From: the human T2T-CHM13v2.0 reference genome, Homo sapiens
Assembly: GCF_009914755.1 (NCBI RefSeq)
Contig: NC_060927.1
DNA length: 64,000 nucleotides
Strand: one strand, 5' to 3'
In this document: positions 43,760-58,504 of the stretch, piece after piece
Numbering within the stretch: the first letter of the stretch is position 1
Layout: each line of letters begins with the position of its first letter
The notes under the pieces: model-generated
What the model saw: the letters and a program-made list of their open reading frames with translations, nothing else
Told to the model about the DNA's origin: nothing
Databases searched by the model: none
Program-made: the position numbers and the translations under genes

Positions 43760-43978
43760 CAGGGGTGTCCAAGCTTTTGGCTTCCCTGGGCCACACTGGA
43801 AGAATTGTCTTGGGCCACACATAAAATACATTAACACTAACGACAGCTGATGAGCTTAAAAATTTGTCAAAAAAAAAATCTCATAATGTTTTAAGAAAGT
43901 TTATGAATTTGTGTTGAGCCACATTCAAACCCATCCTGGGCTGCATGTGGCTCAGGGGCCATCAGTTGGACAAGCTTG
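43760..43978 (+). mobile_element. MER30 hAT-Charlie element inside L1 ORF2
   Basis: caggggtgtccaa...ttggacaagcttg termini; 8-bp TSD ctttagac/gtttagac. Confidence 0.9.
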
Positions 43979-46900
43979 GTTTAGACCAAATAGATCTCAT
44001 AGACATAATATAGAACATTCCATCCTACAGCAACAGAGTACACATTCTTCTCTTGTGCACACAGAACATTCTTCAGGATAGATCATGTTAGACCACAAAA
44101 TAAGTCTTAACAAATTTAAGGAGACTAGAATCATACCAAGCATCTTCCGATTCCAACGGCATGAAACTAGGAATCAATAACGAGAAATTTTGGGAAATTC
44201 ACAAACGTGGAAATTAAGCAACATGCTGCTGAACAACCAATGAGACAAAGAAGAAATTAAAAGGGTAATAAAATAATACCTTGAGACGAACAAAAATGAA
44301 AACAAAATATGACAACATTTATGGGATGCAGCAAAAGCAATTCTAAGAGGGAAATTTATAGCAATAAACATATATCAAAAAAGAAAGCTCTCAAATAATC
44401 TAATATTACATCTTAAGGAACTAGGAAAAGGAGAACAAATTAAGCCCAAAATTAGCAGAAGGAAGAAATCACAAAAGATCAGAGCAAGAAATATATGAAA
44501 TAGAGACTAGAAAAACAATAGGAAAAATTCAGCAAAACTGAGTTTGTTTTTTTGGGAGAAATAAACAAAATTGACAAACCCTTAGCTAGACTAAGAGAAG
44601 GAGAGAGAAGACTTAAATGAATCAGAAATAAAAGGAGATATTACAACTGATAACACAGCAATGCAAAGAATCATAAGAAGTTACTATGAGCAATTATACA
44701 CCAACAAATTAGATAACCCAGAAGAAATGGATAAATTCCTATACAGACACAACTTACCAAACCTGAATCATGAAGGAATAGAAAGTCTGAGCAGACCAAT
44801 AATGAGTAAGGATATTAAGTGTTCTTAATAAAGTCTCCCACCAAAGAAAAGCCCAGGACAAGACAGCTTTATAGCTGAATTCTAACCAACACTTAAAGAA
44901 CATTTAAAGAAGGATTGAGAATACCAACCCTTCTCAAACTCTTCCAAACATTCAAAGTGCAGGGAATTTTTCCAAACTTGTTTTACATAGAAAACACTGA
45001 ACAAGGCCAAGTGTTCTTGTTGAACACTTGAAAACACTGTTCAAGGCCAATATGACTCTGATAACAAAGCCAGAAAAGAACACTACAAGAAAAGAAAACT
45101 ACAGGTCAATATCTCTGATGAACACAGACTTAAAAAACCCTCAACAAAATACTAGCAAACCAAATTCAACAATAAATTAAAAGAATTATTCAACACAATT
45201 AAAGGGGATTTACATTTGAGATGCAAGGATGGTTCAACGTATAAAACCGATGAATGTGATATACCACATTAACAGAATGAAGAATTTAAAACTATATGAT
45301 CATCGCAAAAGATGCAGAAAATGCACTTGATACATTTCAACACTCTTTCATGAAAAAACTCTCAAAAGATTCCGTATAGAAGGAATGTACCTTAACACAA
45401 CAAAGGCCATATATATGACAAACCCATAGTTAACATCATACTCAGTGATGAAAAGTTGAAAGTTTTTCCTCTAAGATCAAGAGTAAGGTAAGAAGGCCCA
45501 CTCTCACCACTTCTTTTCAACATATTACTGGAACTCTTACCCAGAGTAATTATGCAAGAGAAAAAAAATAGAAGATAATAAGAAAGGAAGAAATGAAATT
45601 GTCTGTTTGCTGACACGATTTTATACACAGAAAATCCTAAACACCAAAAAACTGTTTTGCTTATAAACTCAGTAAAGTTGCAGGATACAAAATCAACATA
45701 AAAAATCAGTAACATTTCTATACACTCACAACAAACTACCCAAAAGAAATTAAGAAAAACAAGCAACAAAAAACAAAGTAAAATACTTCAGTGAAAATTT
45801 AACCAAGGAGGTGAACAATACACATATATTATTAGTATTTACTAAATATATACATATATTATTAGTATATACTAAAAACTATGAAACACTGATAAAATAA
45901 ATTGAAGAAAACACAAATAAATGGAAGGCTACCCTGTGCTCATGATTGGAAGAAATAATATTGTTGGAATATTCATGCTACCCAAAATGACCTACAAATT
46001 CAACAGAATTCCTATCAAAATTCCAGTGTCATTTTTCACAGAAATAGAATAAACTATCCTAAAATTCATACAGAATCATTAAAAAAAAAAAAAACCCTTG
46101 AAAAGCCAAAAATATCTTAAGTAAAAAGAACAAAGCTGGGGGCACCACATTCCCTGATTTCAAAATATATTAAAGGAATTGAAATCAAAACGGCATGAAC
46201 TGGCATAAAAACAGACATGCTGATCAATGGAACAGGACATAAATAAATCCATGTATTTATGGCCAATTGATTTTTCACAAAGGTGACAAGAAAACAAAAT
46301 GGGGAAAAGTCTCTTCAACAAATGGTGATGGGAAAACTGGAGATCCACGTACAGAAGAATGGAATTGGATTCTTATTTCACAATGCATACAAAAATATAC
46401 TAAAAATGGATTAAAGATTTAAATACAAGACCTGAAACTGTAAAACTACCAGAAAAAAACATGAGGGAAAAGCTCCATGACACTGGTCCAGGCAATAATT
46501 TTTTAGATATGACCTTGAAAGCACAGATATCACAAACAAAAATAGACAAATGAAATCGTATCAAACTAAAAGGCTTTTGCACAGCAAGGGGAACAATCTA
46601 ACAGAGTGAAGAGACAAGCCATGGTGTGGGAGAAATATATGCAAACCGTACGTGATAAGGGGTTAATATTCAAAATATGTAAGGGACTCATGCAACTCAA
46701 CAGCAAAAAAACAAATAATTAAAAAATGGGCAAAGGACATTTCTCCATTTAAATGGCCAATATGTCTAAGAAAAAATGCTCAACATTAGGGAAATGCAAA
46801 TTAAAACCACAATGAGATATCATCTCACACCTGTCAGAATGGCTATTACAAAAAAGATGAAAGCTAACAAGTGTTGATGAAGATGTGGAGAAAAGGAAAC

Positions 46901-47015
46901 CCTTGTATACTGTTGGTAGGAATGTAAATTAGTATAGACACAATGGGAAACAGTATGGAAGCTCCTCAAAAATGTATAAATAGAACTACCATATGATTCA
47001 GCAATCCCATGTCTA

Positions 47016-47059
47016 TGTACATATCCATATATATATATATACACACACATATATATGTA

Positions 47060-47093
<34 letters not shown>

Positions 47094-47112
47094 TCTATCT
47101 ATACACACACAC
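47016..47112. repeat. Compound (TA)n/(CA)n microsatellite
   Basis: Directly visible alternating purine-pyrimidine tract. Confidence 0.9.
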
Positions 47113-47547
47113 CCAGAGTATGGGCATTGTAGCATTATTCACAATAGCCAAGATATGGAATAAACCTAAGTTTCCTTCAGTGAATGAATGATTATTTCTT
47201 TATAGAAAACGTGGCATATAAACATATTGGAATACTACTCAGCCTTAAAAAAAAAACAAAAAAAAACCCAGGAAATTTTGTCATTTGCAACATGAATGAA
47301 CCTGGAGGACATCCATATGTTAAGTGAAATAAGCCAAGAACAGAAAGACAAATACTGCATGACCTCACTTATATATGGAATATAAAAAAGTTGAACTCAT
47401 AGAAGCAGAGAGTAGAATAGTGGTTACCAGAGACTGGGGTTGTGGTGGATGTAAGGTAGGGTATGGGAAATGGGGAGATGTTAGTCAAAGGGTACAAAGT
47501 TTCAGTTACATAGAAGGAATAAGTTTGTGGGTTCTATTGAACAGTAG

Positions 47548-47892
<345 letters not shown>

Positions 47893-49247
47893 TAAATTCC
47901 AAATGTCTCACTCCAAAATACAATAAGTGAGATGATGGACATTTAATTAGCTTGATTTAGTTATTTCACCTTGTTTACATATACCAAAACATCACTGTAC
48001 CCCATAAATATAGTTAAAATGGTATTAATTTGTCAATTATGATATTAAAAGAAGCTAATGAGTTGTTACTACAACACAAAAATATGCTGGAGAAACATAT
48101 CTTTGAAGGAATGCTGTAACGAATAATGACCCACTAATTAATTTGATCAGACTGCATACCGAAATTTTTATTTTTGTTTATTTTCAGTAAAGGAATACTT
48201 ATATTGAAGTTTCTTTCCAGTTTTAAAAAAAATTACTGTTGCTATAGATAAAATCAGAGATAAAGAAAGGAAGGGACAATGACATTTAAAAAAGCTTAAT
48301 TTCTGGAAATTAGTAGCAATTACTAATCTTCTGATGTATAAACAGAATATGACTCACCATTGTCTCTGAAATTAAAAATCTCTGTAAGAAATATGAAAAC
48401 GTTAAAATTTTAAAGGAAGGAATATGAGCACCTAAACTGTGACAAGCGGATATATTGGTGTTTCTATTATACATAATTCAGCTAAAGACACTGATTTTTA
48501 ATACTTAGAAAACTGGCACATTTTCATAACAAATGCAGGGTTCTTTCTAGGCTACTTACAAAAATATATTAATTTAAATAACTATGAGTACTTGTAAGAA
48601 TGCTCTTTGAAACTATTCACTATTTACTTAAATAATGTTATATATTATTTAATTTATATATTTTTAAATATAAATATTATTTAAATTAATATTTAAAATA
48701 TTATTTAAATTAATATTTAAAATATTAATTTTCCTCACATTTTAATGGTTTTATAACATGTTGTAGTAAGATCTGAAAAAAAAGTGACACAGGCACATTT
48801 AAAATCATTAAAGGTTGGAGAAGGAAAAGAAAGAGGGTTTGTGGTATTTCTTTAGACCTTGTACATGTACCTTTCAGTCCCATTACTCCTCCCCCAAAGT
48901 CTGAGAAAGGCATTCAGAAATTTTACAAAATCTCTTTTCGGAGATTATTTAAAACACACATACCAAAACCATATGCCTATCTGACTAAGGTGACTATGGG
49001 AAGAGTGAAGGAGTAGAAGAGCATGTAGATTTATCTGTACTGTCGGATGCTGGTGCTTTACACTCTAACGTCCAAAGTAAAATTAAAATGGTCACAGCAA
49101 TCCACTTATAGTACTAGAGATGTTCCTAACCAATTGAATTGCATAGGGTGTCATCAAAGGAATTATAAATCAACAATGTGGATGAATTTAGATATAATTA
49201 AGCTCAGAGACTTTTTTGTTTTGTTTTAATGTAAAGAACAAAACAAT

Positions 49248-49558
<311 letters not shown>

Positions 49559-50330
49559 TCAATGAACGTACTTAGAATTTTGAAGCTGTTTCTAAATCTT
49601 TAGAAAATGTAGGGATAGTGCTAAACTCTACATGAGATACTGTGCTAAGCCTTCCCATCATGTTTTTACAATCATTCATAAGAGTGCAGTCAATCTGACA
49701 GGTGAGCTAGTAGTCATGAGGCAGGATTTATGCCCAGCATAAAAACGTGCTTAACAAAAATGTAAAAAACTGATAGGAAAATTCTTTAGTCTTACGAAAA
49801 GGAGAGCAAAAGTCTGTATCTAATATTCTAGACAGGGCCTTTTATAAAGGCAAATAGCAAGAATTAATGAACTTTTTCAGTTCCTATACTTCTATGTTAG
49901 ATAAATGTTAAGGAAAAAAAAAAGGCTCCAGTTACATTTTTTCATTCTGAATAAACAATGGAAAAGGCAGACTGCATGTTATTTTGAAAGAATGAGCAGG
50001 TACAAAAGTATCTCCTACACAGGTAGAAGAATCCCTCAATAATGGAGCATCTTTATTCAGAGAAAAGCTGTCCTCTTTAAAACAGAAAGCAAAGCTGAAG
50101 ACAGAATCCAAAATCCTGGCTCTGGTCCTAGTTCAGACACTAGCTGTGAAAGTCAGGTAAGTCCCTTTTTTCTTTGGGCTTCCATTTCTACTAATTTCTA
50201 GAAAAGTTATACTGTTACTCTGAAAGATTTTTCTTATGTTTTTGTTACCAATTTTCTTAGTAAATGCATTGCATATGTTGAATAGTATTGTCAACATGTG
50301 CAATGCATTTACTTAAAAAAAGACGTATCT

Positions 50331-50677
<347 letters not shown>

Positions 50678-51427
50678 CTAGAATAAGCTCTTCACTTGTC
50701 AATGTGGATATTTAGCAACTAAAAGTAATTAAATATTTTTATGTATGCTTCACACATATATATTTGGAACATAATACAAAATTAATGTTTGTTGAATAAA
50801 CAAACGAATCCATCCATTCATCCGTCTACCTCCCAGGTAAAAAAATTATAACGTTTACTTAGGCTAAATCAGGCATGGAGTTGTTACCATGGCTAAAGCC
50901 ACTCCATGTGCAAGAGGAACATCTGGCTAGAAATTAAAAGATGTGAGTTCTAGTCCCAGCTCTGTTATTAACATTCTACTAATACTTAATTTGCGTGGCC
51001 TCAGTTTGCCCATCTATGAAAATGCAGATACTAAAATCTTCCCTCCATAGATGAGGACAAATAAAATGACATAGGAAAGACAGAACTTTGAAAAAAATCA
51101 AAGTACTTTATAAATAAAAGATATCAGCTTGTGATTTCATACCCATAAAGAAGCTGAATTTAGCAGTATGACAAAAAAGATTGTGAGAAGGAAGGAAAAC
51201 TACCAGAGAACTACATCCTCCGCTTCATCGGATTTTCTGCTTGGGGCTAAGAGTTGCCCCTTAGAATGAAGCAGATGCTCATAGTAACTCCTAAGCAAAC
51301 TCTCATGGCACTTGACCATGCTGACTCACTATTTTTTTCTTTTCTTCCTTTTTCTTTACTAAACAGACTGTATACCATATATAACTTTTACAAAATAACA
51401 GTTTATTGAGATATTATTTTAATATAT

Positions 51428-51712
51428 TTATTTATTATTTTTTTGAGACAGGGTCTTACTCTGTCGCCCACGTTGGAATGCAGTGGCATGATAGTGGCTC
51501 ACCGCAGCTTCCACCTCCTGGGCTCCTCCCACTTCTGCCTCTCGAGTAGCTGGGACTACAGGCATGCACGACCACGCACAGCTAACTTTGGTATTTTTTG
51601 TAGAGACAGGGTTTTGCTGTGTTGCCCAGGCTGGTCTCGAGCTCCTGGGCCCAGGCGATCCACCCACCTCGGCCTCCCAAAGTGCTGGGGTTACAGGCAT
51701 GAGGCCCTGCAA
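51428..51712 (-). mobile_element. AluJ
   Basis: Antisense Alu with J-type ctcctgggc/tgttgcccaggctgg. Confidence 0.9.
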
Positions 51713-52012
51713 CCAACATATAATTTACATACCACAAAATCTACTCCTTTTAAGTGCAAAATTTGGTGGTTATTAGTATATTCATAGAGTTGAGAACTGT
51801 CACCACTATCTAATTTCAGAACATCTGCATCACTCCTAAATGAAACTACCCATTAGCAGTCATTTCCCATTCTACACCCCTGGGTTCCTCCAGCCCCTGG
51901 CAACTACTAATCTACTTTGTGTCTCTGTGAATCTGCCTATTCTGGACATTTCGTATAAATGGAATCACACCATATGTGGCCTTTTGTTACTGGTTTCTCT
52001 TAGTATAAATAC
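51713..52012 (-). mobile_element. L1MB 3'UTR fragment
   Basis: cagcccctggcaactactaatctacttt...tattctggacatttcgtataaatggaatc. Confidence 0.85.
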
Positions 52013-52774
52013 TTGACACTAACAAAATTCTCACCACAAAATTATTCCTTAGAAAAAAGGAAACATTCCTTGGGATACCTTACAAAGACTTCCATAAGAA
52101 GGGACATTCTATTACTTTATTTTGAATAAGACTGGTATAAGCCAATATTCAGAACCTCTGACTAGAACCTAATCAATTATAATTATATGATTACAAAAAA
52201 TGTCTTGCTTTTGCCATTGTTAAATAAAAGTTTGAATGCAAATATCCTATGAAATATAAATGTGGAAAAAGGGCAATATTTCCATGTGAACAGATCATTA
52301 ATTTCAAATACATTTATAAAACTAAATTAATAAATTAAATGTTATATATTACTGTTTCATTTGCTTCCCTACAAGTTTATCATTCAAAATGAGGGGGGAA
52401 GTTGAAAATTCAAAATCGATCTGTTCATTGGAAACACAAGGAAGATTATTTTATATTCAAGATTATTTTATATTTGGAACTTCTAGGATCATTCGAAGAC
52501 AAAGTCAGATCTGCAGATCTTTAGGCCTCAGATAACTGACTTCTCGCCTAGAACTTTAAAAAGCAGTTGAGAATCCAATTCTTAGCAAATATCTCAAAAG
52601 AAAACTGAATTTTGTAAGTGAATATCATAGAAAAATTGAGTGAGGTAATTTTATTTTAGAAAAATACTGTTAGGGAATGAAGTGATCTCAAGGGGTACTG
52701 CCAACTCACTCATTTAACTGATGAAATAATGCTGAAAGAGGCTGACTTACCCAAGATCATATGGCATGAGGGCT

Positions 52775-52945
52775 TACCATGCTAAGTGCTTTTCATGAAT
52801 GATTTCTTAGTTTCCCATGACAACTCTATTCATGTCCCTACTTTACAGCTGAGGTTTAGAGAAGTTAAATGGCTTGCTCAAAGTTACTCAGCTAATATGT
52901 GGCAGAGCTGGGATTCCAGTCAGATCTCTCTAGCTTCAGAACCAG
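52775..52945 (-). mobile_element. MIR
   Basis: ctgaggtttagagaagttaaatggcttgctcaaagttactcagctaa...ggcagagctgggatt. Confidence 0.8.
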
Positions 52946-53217
52946 AGGGCTCAATGGTGTTGCTATACAAGTCTTCAGCTTCTCATCAGGACCCCCTGCC
53001 CAGAATCACATGGTTTTAAAAAAACATTTCGCCAGGTTTGAAATTCCTAAACTAATTTAATTGGAACAGAAGAAAACATCATTAGAAATTAGCAAAAACA
53101 TTGGCAAAATAAGAGAAAAAGATATGGGGGAGAAAACAGGTCTAACATTATTTTGAAGTTTATAAAAACATCTAAAAATAAAAAAGGCATGAGTTATTCA
53201 AAGGAAGTCAATTTTAC

Positions 53218-53350
53218 CTGGTTAATTCTCTTAGTCGAGTCACCTCAGCATCACGCTGACGTAATGTTATCCCCAATATCTGGTTTTCCTTTTCAGCAGT
53301 TTCTAACTTAAACTGGGAGCTTTTCACATTGACTAGGGCTTCCTCCAATT
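53218..53350 (-). CDS. CCDC14: CCDC14 internal coding exon, 133 nt ([10 protein letters not shown]...VTRLRELTR), coiled coil
   Basis: Acceptor gttttag|AA, donor CAG|gtaaaa. Phase 1 in, phase 2 out, in frame with both neighbours. Confidence 0.93.
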
Positions 53351-53423
53351 CTAAAACAACAAAAGTTTCAGTTTCCTTATTCCTTTTAAAAGATGTGACC
53401 ATAACTACTGTCTAAATACGTAC

Positions 53424-53642
53424 CAATTTTTATTCTTGTTATCTCAATATCATATTGCTGTTTATTTTCAAGTATAGTTTGATCTTTGTCTTTAAATATA
53501 CTACTAAATTTTTTGTTTTCATCTTTCTGATTTTCAATCACTTTTAACAGCTCTTCATTTTTACTCTGCAGTAATTCCTGGCTCTTTAGTGACTCCTCCA
53601 ATTGATTTTGCAGTGACATATTCAATGACTGAAGAGAAAACA
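53424..53642 (-). CDS. CCDC14: CCDC14 internal coding exon, 219 nt ([18 protein letters not shown]...ITRIKI), coiled coil
   Basis: Acceptor cttaacag|TG, donor TTG|gtacgt. E/Q/K/L-rich heptad-like ORF, phase 1/1. Confidence 0.92.
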
Positions 53643-54921
53643 CTGTTAAGACAAAATGGATCAAATAGTTGTTTCCCAAACCTAAAAAGTACAAACTTGG
53701 GAAATACCTGTTTCTTAAACAAAAAAAAAAAGGCCTGAAATTTATTGATTTTGTTTAACGATTAATTGCATGAGCAGTTCTACATAAATACTACATATAT
53801 TTTTAAAAATGATTGGCAGAAGTCATACCTTTCTTTTCCAGTTGACATTTTAAGCATTAATTTTTTAAACCCTTTTAAAAGAAAGAATACATAATCCTTT
53901 TAAAAGAATAATACATGTACAAAGTTAAAAAATTCAAACACCACAGAATGTCAATGATTCTCAATGAAGAATCTCCCTTCCACTCCTCCTCTCTGTCCCC
54001 AGAGACAATCAGTATTAATTTTGGTATCTTTCGTGAAAACACTTTTACATATGGTATTAATTACACTACATACACACACATACTATACACAATTTCTAAC
54101 TTTGCCTTTTTTTCCCATAAGACTGTTGTATACAAACACATAGATCTATCACGTTCTTTTTCATGGCGATAAAAGTATATGGCACCATTTGTTGAGCAAA
54201 TACATGCTCAGCGAATGCTTCCTATGTGTGAGGTATTGTATTAGAATCTGAATATACAGAGATGAACAACACAGACGTGGCCCCTGTTCTCACAGAGCTG
54301 ATAACAAACAAGTAATTATACACAGTAATGATCTCAAAGAAACAATAAGATAAATGATCAGATAATATAAATAAGAGAAGCTATTTAAAGTGGCAACTAC
54401 TGATCTCCCCACTTGTCCTCTAGGCCTCCTCTCTCCTACCCTCTCCCTTTCCTCACCTTTGGTTAACAGTGGAGACACAGTGATAATTTCTGAATCACTC
54501 TGGTGAAACTGAACACTTTTATAAAGTGCTCATTCTGTTGGGTAATCATATTTTTTTCTTATTGATTTATAAGACATATTTATATATTAAGAAGATTAAG
54601 CCTTCATCATGTCATGTATTGTTTCTCCATTTTGCTTATGTTTTGAATGTATTTATAATTTTGCTATGTAGAAACTGAAAAAGTTTTCTGGGGACATATT
54701 TTATCAATCTGTTCCTCTGTGGCATTTGAGTCTTTGTCAGGCTTAGGAAAAGTTCCCCTCCAAAAAAATAAAAAAATAAAAATTCTTATATTTTCTTCTG
54801 GTACTATTATAGTTTCTTTATTAAGCTCTGTGATCATTAAGGACAATTTGGCAATATCTGTCACAATTGCAACTGTATATACCCTTTGGCTCAACAATTC
54901 TACTGCTATAAATCTATCCTA

Positions 54922-55256
<335 letters not shown>

Positions 55257-55795
55257 CTGACATATATGCACAAAGACATATACAAAGATTTTCACTGCAA
55301 TGTTGTTTGCACTGGGAAAAAAGGGGAAAGTACTATTAGCAAAGGACCATATTATGGTAGACCTGGATAAGCAGAATACCCAAGTAATTCTTAAAGAGAA
55401 AGATGCATAATTATGTATTTTGATAGACAAAAGTGTCCATTATATGTTAAGTGAATAAACAGAAGCTGTGGAAAAGTATGTACAGTGTGATCTCATTTTT
55501 AAAAAAGTACATATATAGTTCTATTTGTGCCTGGCACACAGTAGGTATTCAGTAAGTGTTAAATAAATCAATTATATATGAAGAGAAGATATGTAAAAGG
55601 AAACACACTCCTGTATTTCAAAACAAACAAACAAAAAAAGGTGTATATTATTGGGAAGTGACAGCATCTTTTATTTTCTTATGTTTCTACAATATTTTAA
55701 ATTTATCCCCTCAAAGTAATTACAAAAGCTCAATTCTTTATCAACATTTCCAGAGCCACAAATAATTTATCAATCCTTAAAGTTCTTTTACCTAC

Positions 55796-55878
55796 ATTCA
55801 AGGTTGCAATCCACAGCACCAGATGGTTTTTGAGTTTTCTGTTGTTCTCTGAGTTGCTGGTTCAAAATTCTCAACTGC
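55796..55878 (-). CDS. CCDC14: CCDC14 internal coding exon, 83 nt (QLRILNQQLREQQKTQKPSGAVDCNLE)
   Basis: Not in the ORF track; read manually. Acceptor ttatttctttag|G, donor AAT|gtaggt; T+TG gives Leu in frame with the next exon. Confidence 0.9.
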
Positions 55879-56079
55879 CTAAAGAAATAATGAAGAACTA
55901 TGAATGCAAGCATACCAAGCCAATTTAATAGTATACATGTGATAGCCTATCAAAAAAGATAAAACATAAACCCACTAAGACAGCAGAAGTCCATCTCATC
56001 CCCAAAAGACAAAAACTAAATAAACAAAACAAAAACAAAACCATACTACTATTATTATGAGGCCTGAGATAATTTTTAA

Positions 56080-56421
<342 letters not shown>

Positions 56422-58504
56422 CCCTCATGAGGAAAGTGTTAATTTCTCTTTTTTGTCTCTTCAGTGATTTGTTGTTTTTTTTCTATTTCTTTCCTTTTCT
56501 ATCTGCTCATGCTGTTTCTCATCGTCTTTCTGTGTATCTTCATCACTGTAGTTAATCATCTACTTTTTAAAAGATTTGTCATTACTATCAACTAGAATAC
56601 CTACAAGCACTGACTGCTATCAGACATCTATCTGCCTGATGTTTGTCATATGCTGAAACACAAATCTATGCTTCTAATAATTTTATTAGATGGAAAAGTT
56701 AATGGTCTTAAGTAACGAGAATATTAACAGGCTACAAATCTGCCCTGTTACAATGAACTTCACAATATGTATCTGCTTCACAAATAGAAACATATGCAAG
56801 TGTTTTCTTTACTTCTAAGAAGTTATCGCTTATGGGGACAAAAGTTACCTCTATTATCTTTCCAGAATTACTTACCTAAAAATATTTTGCCTTAAAATAT
56901 TTATTTTTGGTACTAACTCTAAAATGATAGTACCCTACCTCACATCACTCACATATATTAATTTCGAGTTGATTAAAGTGATAAAATATGTAAACAAAAC
57001 CCAACTATACAAGTTTTAGGGGGAAATCTACATAATCTTGAAGTCGGGAAGGCATTTCTAAGTGAAACTCAATATCCAGCAAGCATCAAGGAAAAGAACG
57101 AAAGATTTAACCATAGCAAAATTTGAAACCTGTAGAATTAAAAGCCTGAAAGAAAATACCTGCACATATGTTATAGACAAGGGGTCCCTAACATTTAAAG
57201 AACTCCTACAAATCAGTAAGGAAGGCAACCTAGTAAAAAGTGACAAAGGATAAGAATGAGCAGTTCACCTAAGAAATAGAAATGGCCTATAAGCATATGA
57301 TAAAAATGCTCATCTTCACTAACATGAAGAATTGCAAATTTAAAAGAAGGTACTTTTTGGCCATAGAATTGACAAAAATAAAAAGAAATAACATTTTCTG
57401 ATGATAGTACAGGAAATGAATTAACTCAATTCATGTGATTATATCAGTATAACCATTCTGGATGGCAGTTTGAAATGTCCAACAAAATGTAAAATGTTCA
57501 TAATCTCTGACAAAATTATTCTACTTCTAGGTTATCAAGCATCAGAAACAGTTTTACATGTGCAAAAGCATCTCCCACCTTGTAGATACATACAAGGATG
57601 TTCACAACAGCAATTATTTAATAGTGCCAAGTTGGAAACAACTTAAAATGCTACATAAATTATGGTACATCCATATATGAAATACTAATACACAGATAAT
57701 AAAAAAAGCGAGAGGTCCACTTGTACTGACGTGAAAAGATCTCTGAGACACATTATGAAGTGAAAGCAGCAAGCTGCAGAACAACAGTATAATGTGAGCT
57801 TATTTTTGTTTTAATAAAATTCTGATTTTCTTTAAAGGTTTCCCCTTTACAACAGAAGCTTTCCTCGATAATCCTTTTGTATGTCCCTGGTCAGATTCTT
57901 CTCTTCCCAAATGTAACCAATCTAAACTTCTAATAATTCACTGCAAGCCTCTCATTCCTACCCTCCTCTTCTCAATTGTATACTTTCCTTTTTTCACTAA
58001 AAATAATGTGGTTTGGGGACAAACACAGTCATCCTTTGGTCCCAGGGTGTATCCATATGTGTATTAGCCCTCATTTTTTCCATCTAGTCTGATGAGTAGC
58101 CTTATCTGTGCCCTGGATCCCATTCTCCTCCTAGACCATCAAGGACTCTGCTCCTATCCCACTCCCTTTATCTTCTGTATCTGCAGTTTCTCCCTCTTTG
58201 CCAGTTCATGTGCCTAAGCCAAGAAACATATTAAAACTCTTCCCATATTTTAAAAAAATTCCCTCCAACCTAACTGTACAACTAGCTACTTTCATTCCTC
58301 TCATTCCCTGCTTTCAGGGCTAGGCTTTTAAAAAAATATTCTATTTAAAATGATACATGATAAAAACAGAAAAAAGGATATTTTAAAAATTGATGTTACA
58401 CATGCTATTTTAAGATATGTACGAAATTTAAATATACTGGATTTTAAAAAAGGAAAAGAACTGCTGCTACTTAGGCAAATATTTCTTTTATTCAAGTCAT
58501 TCTT

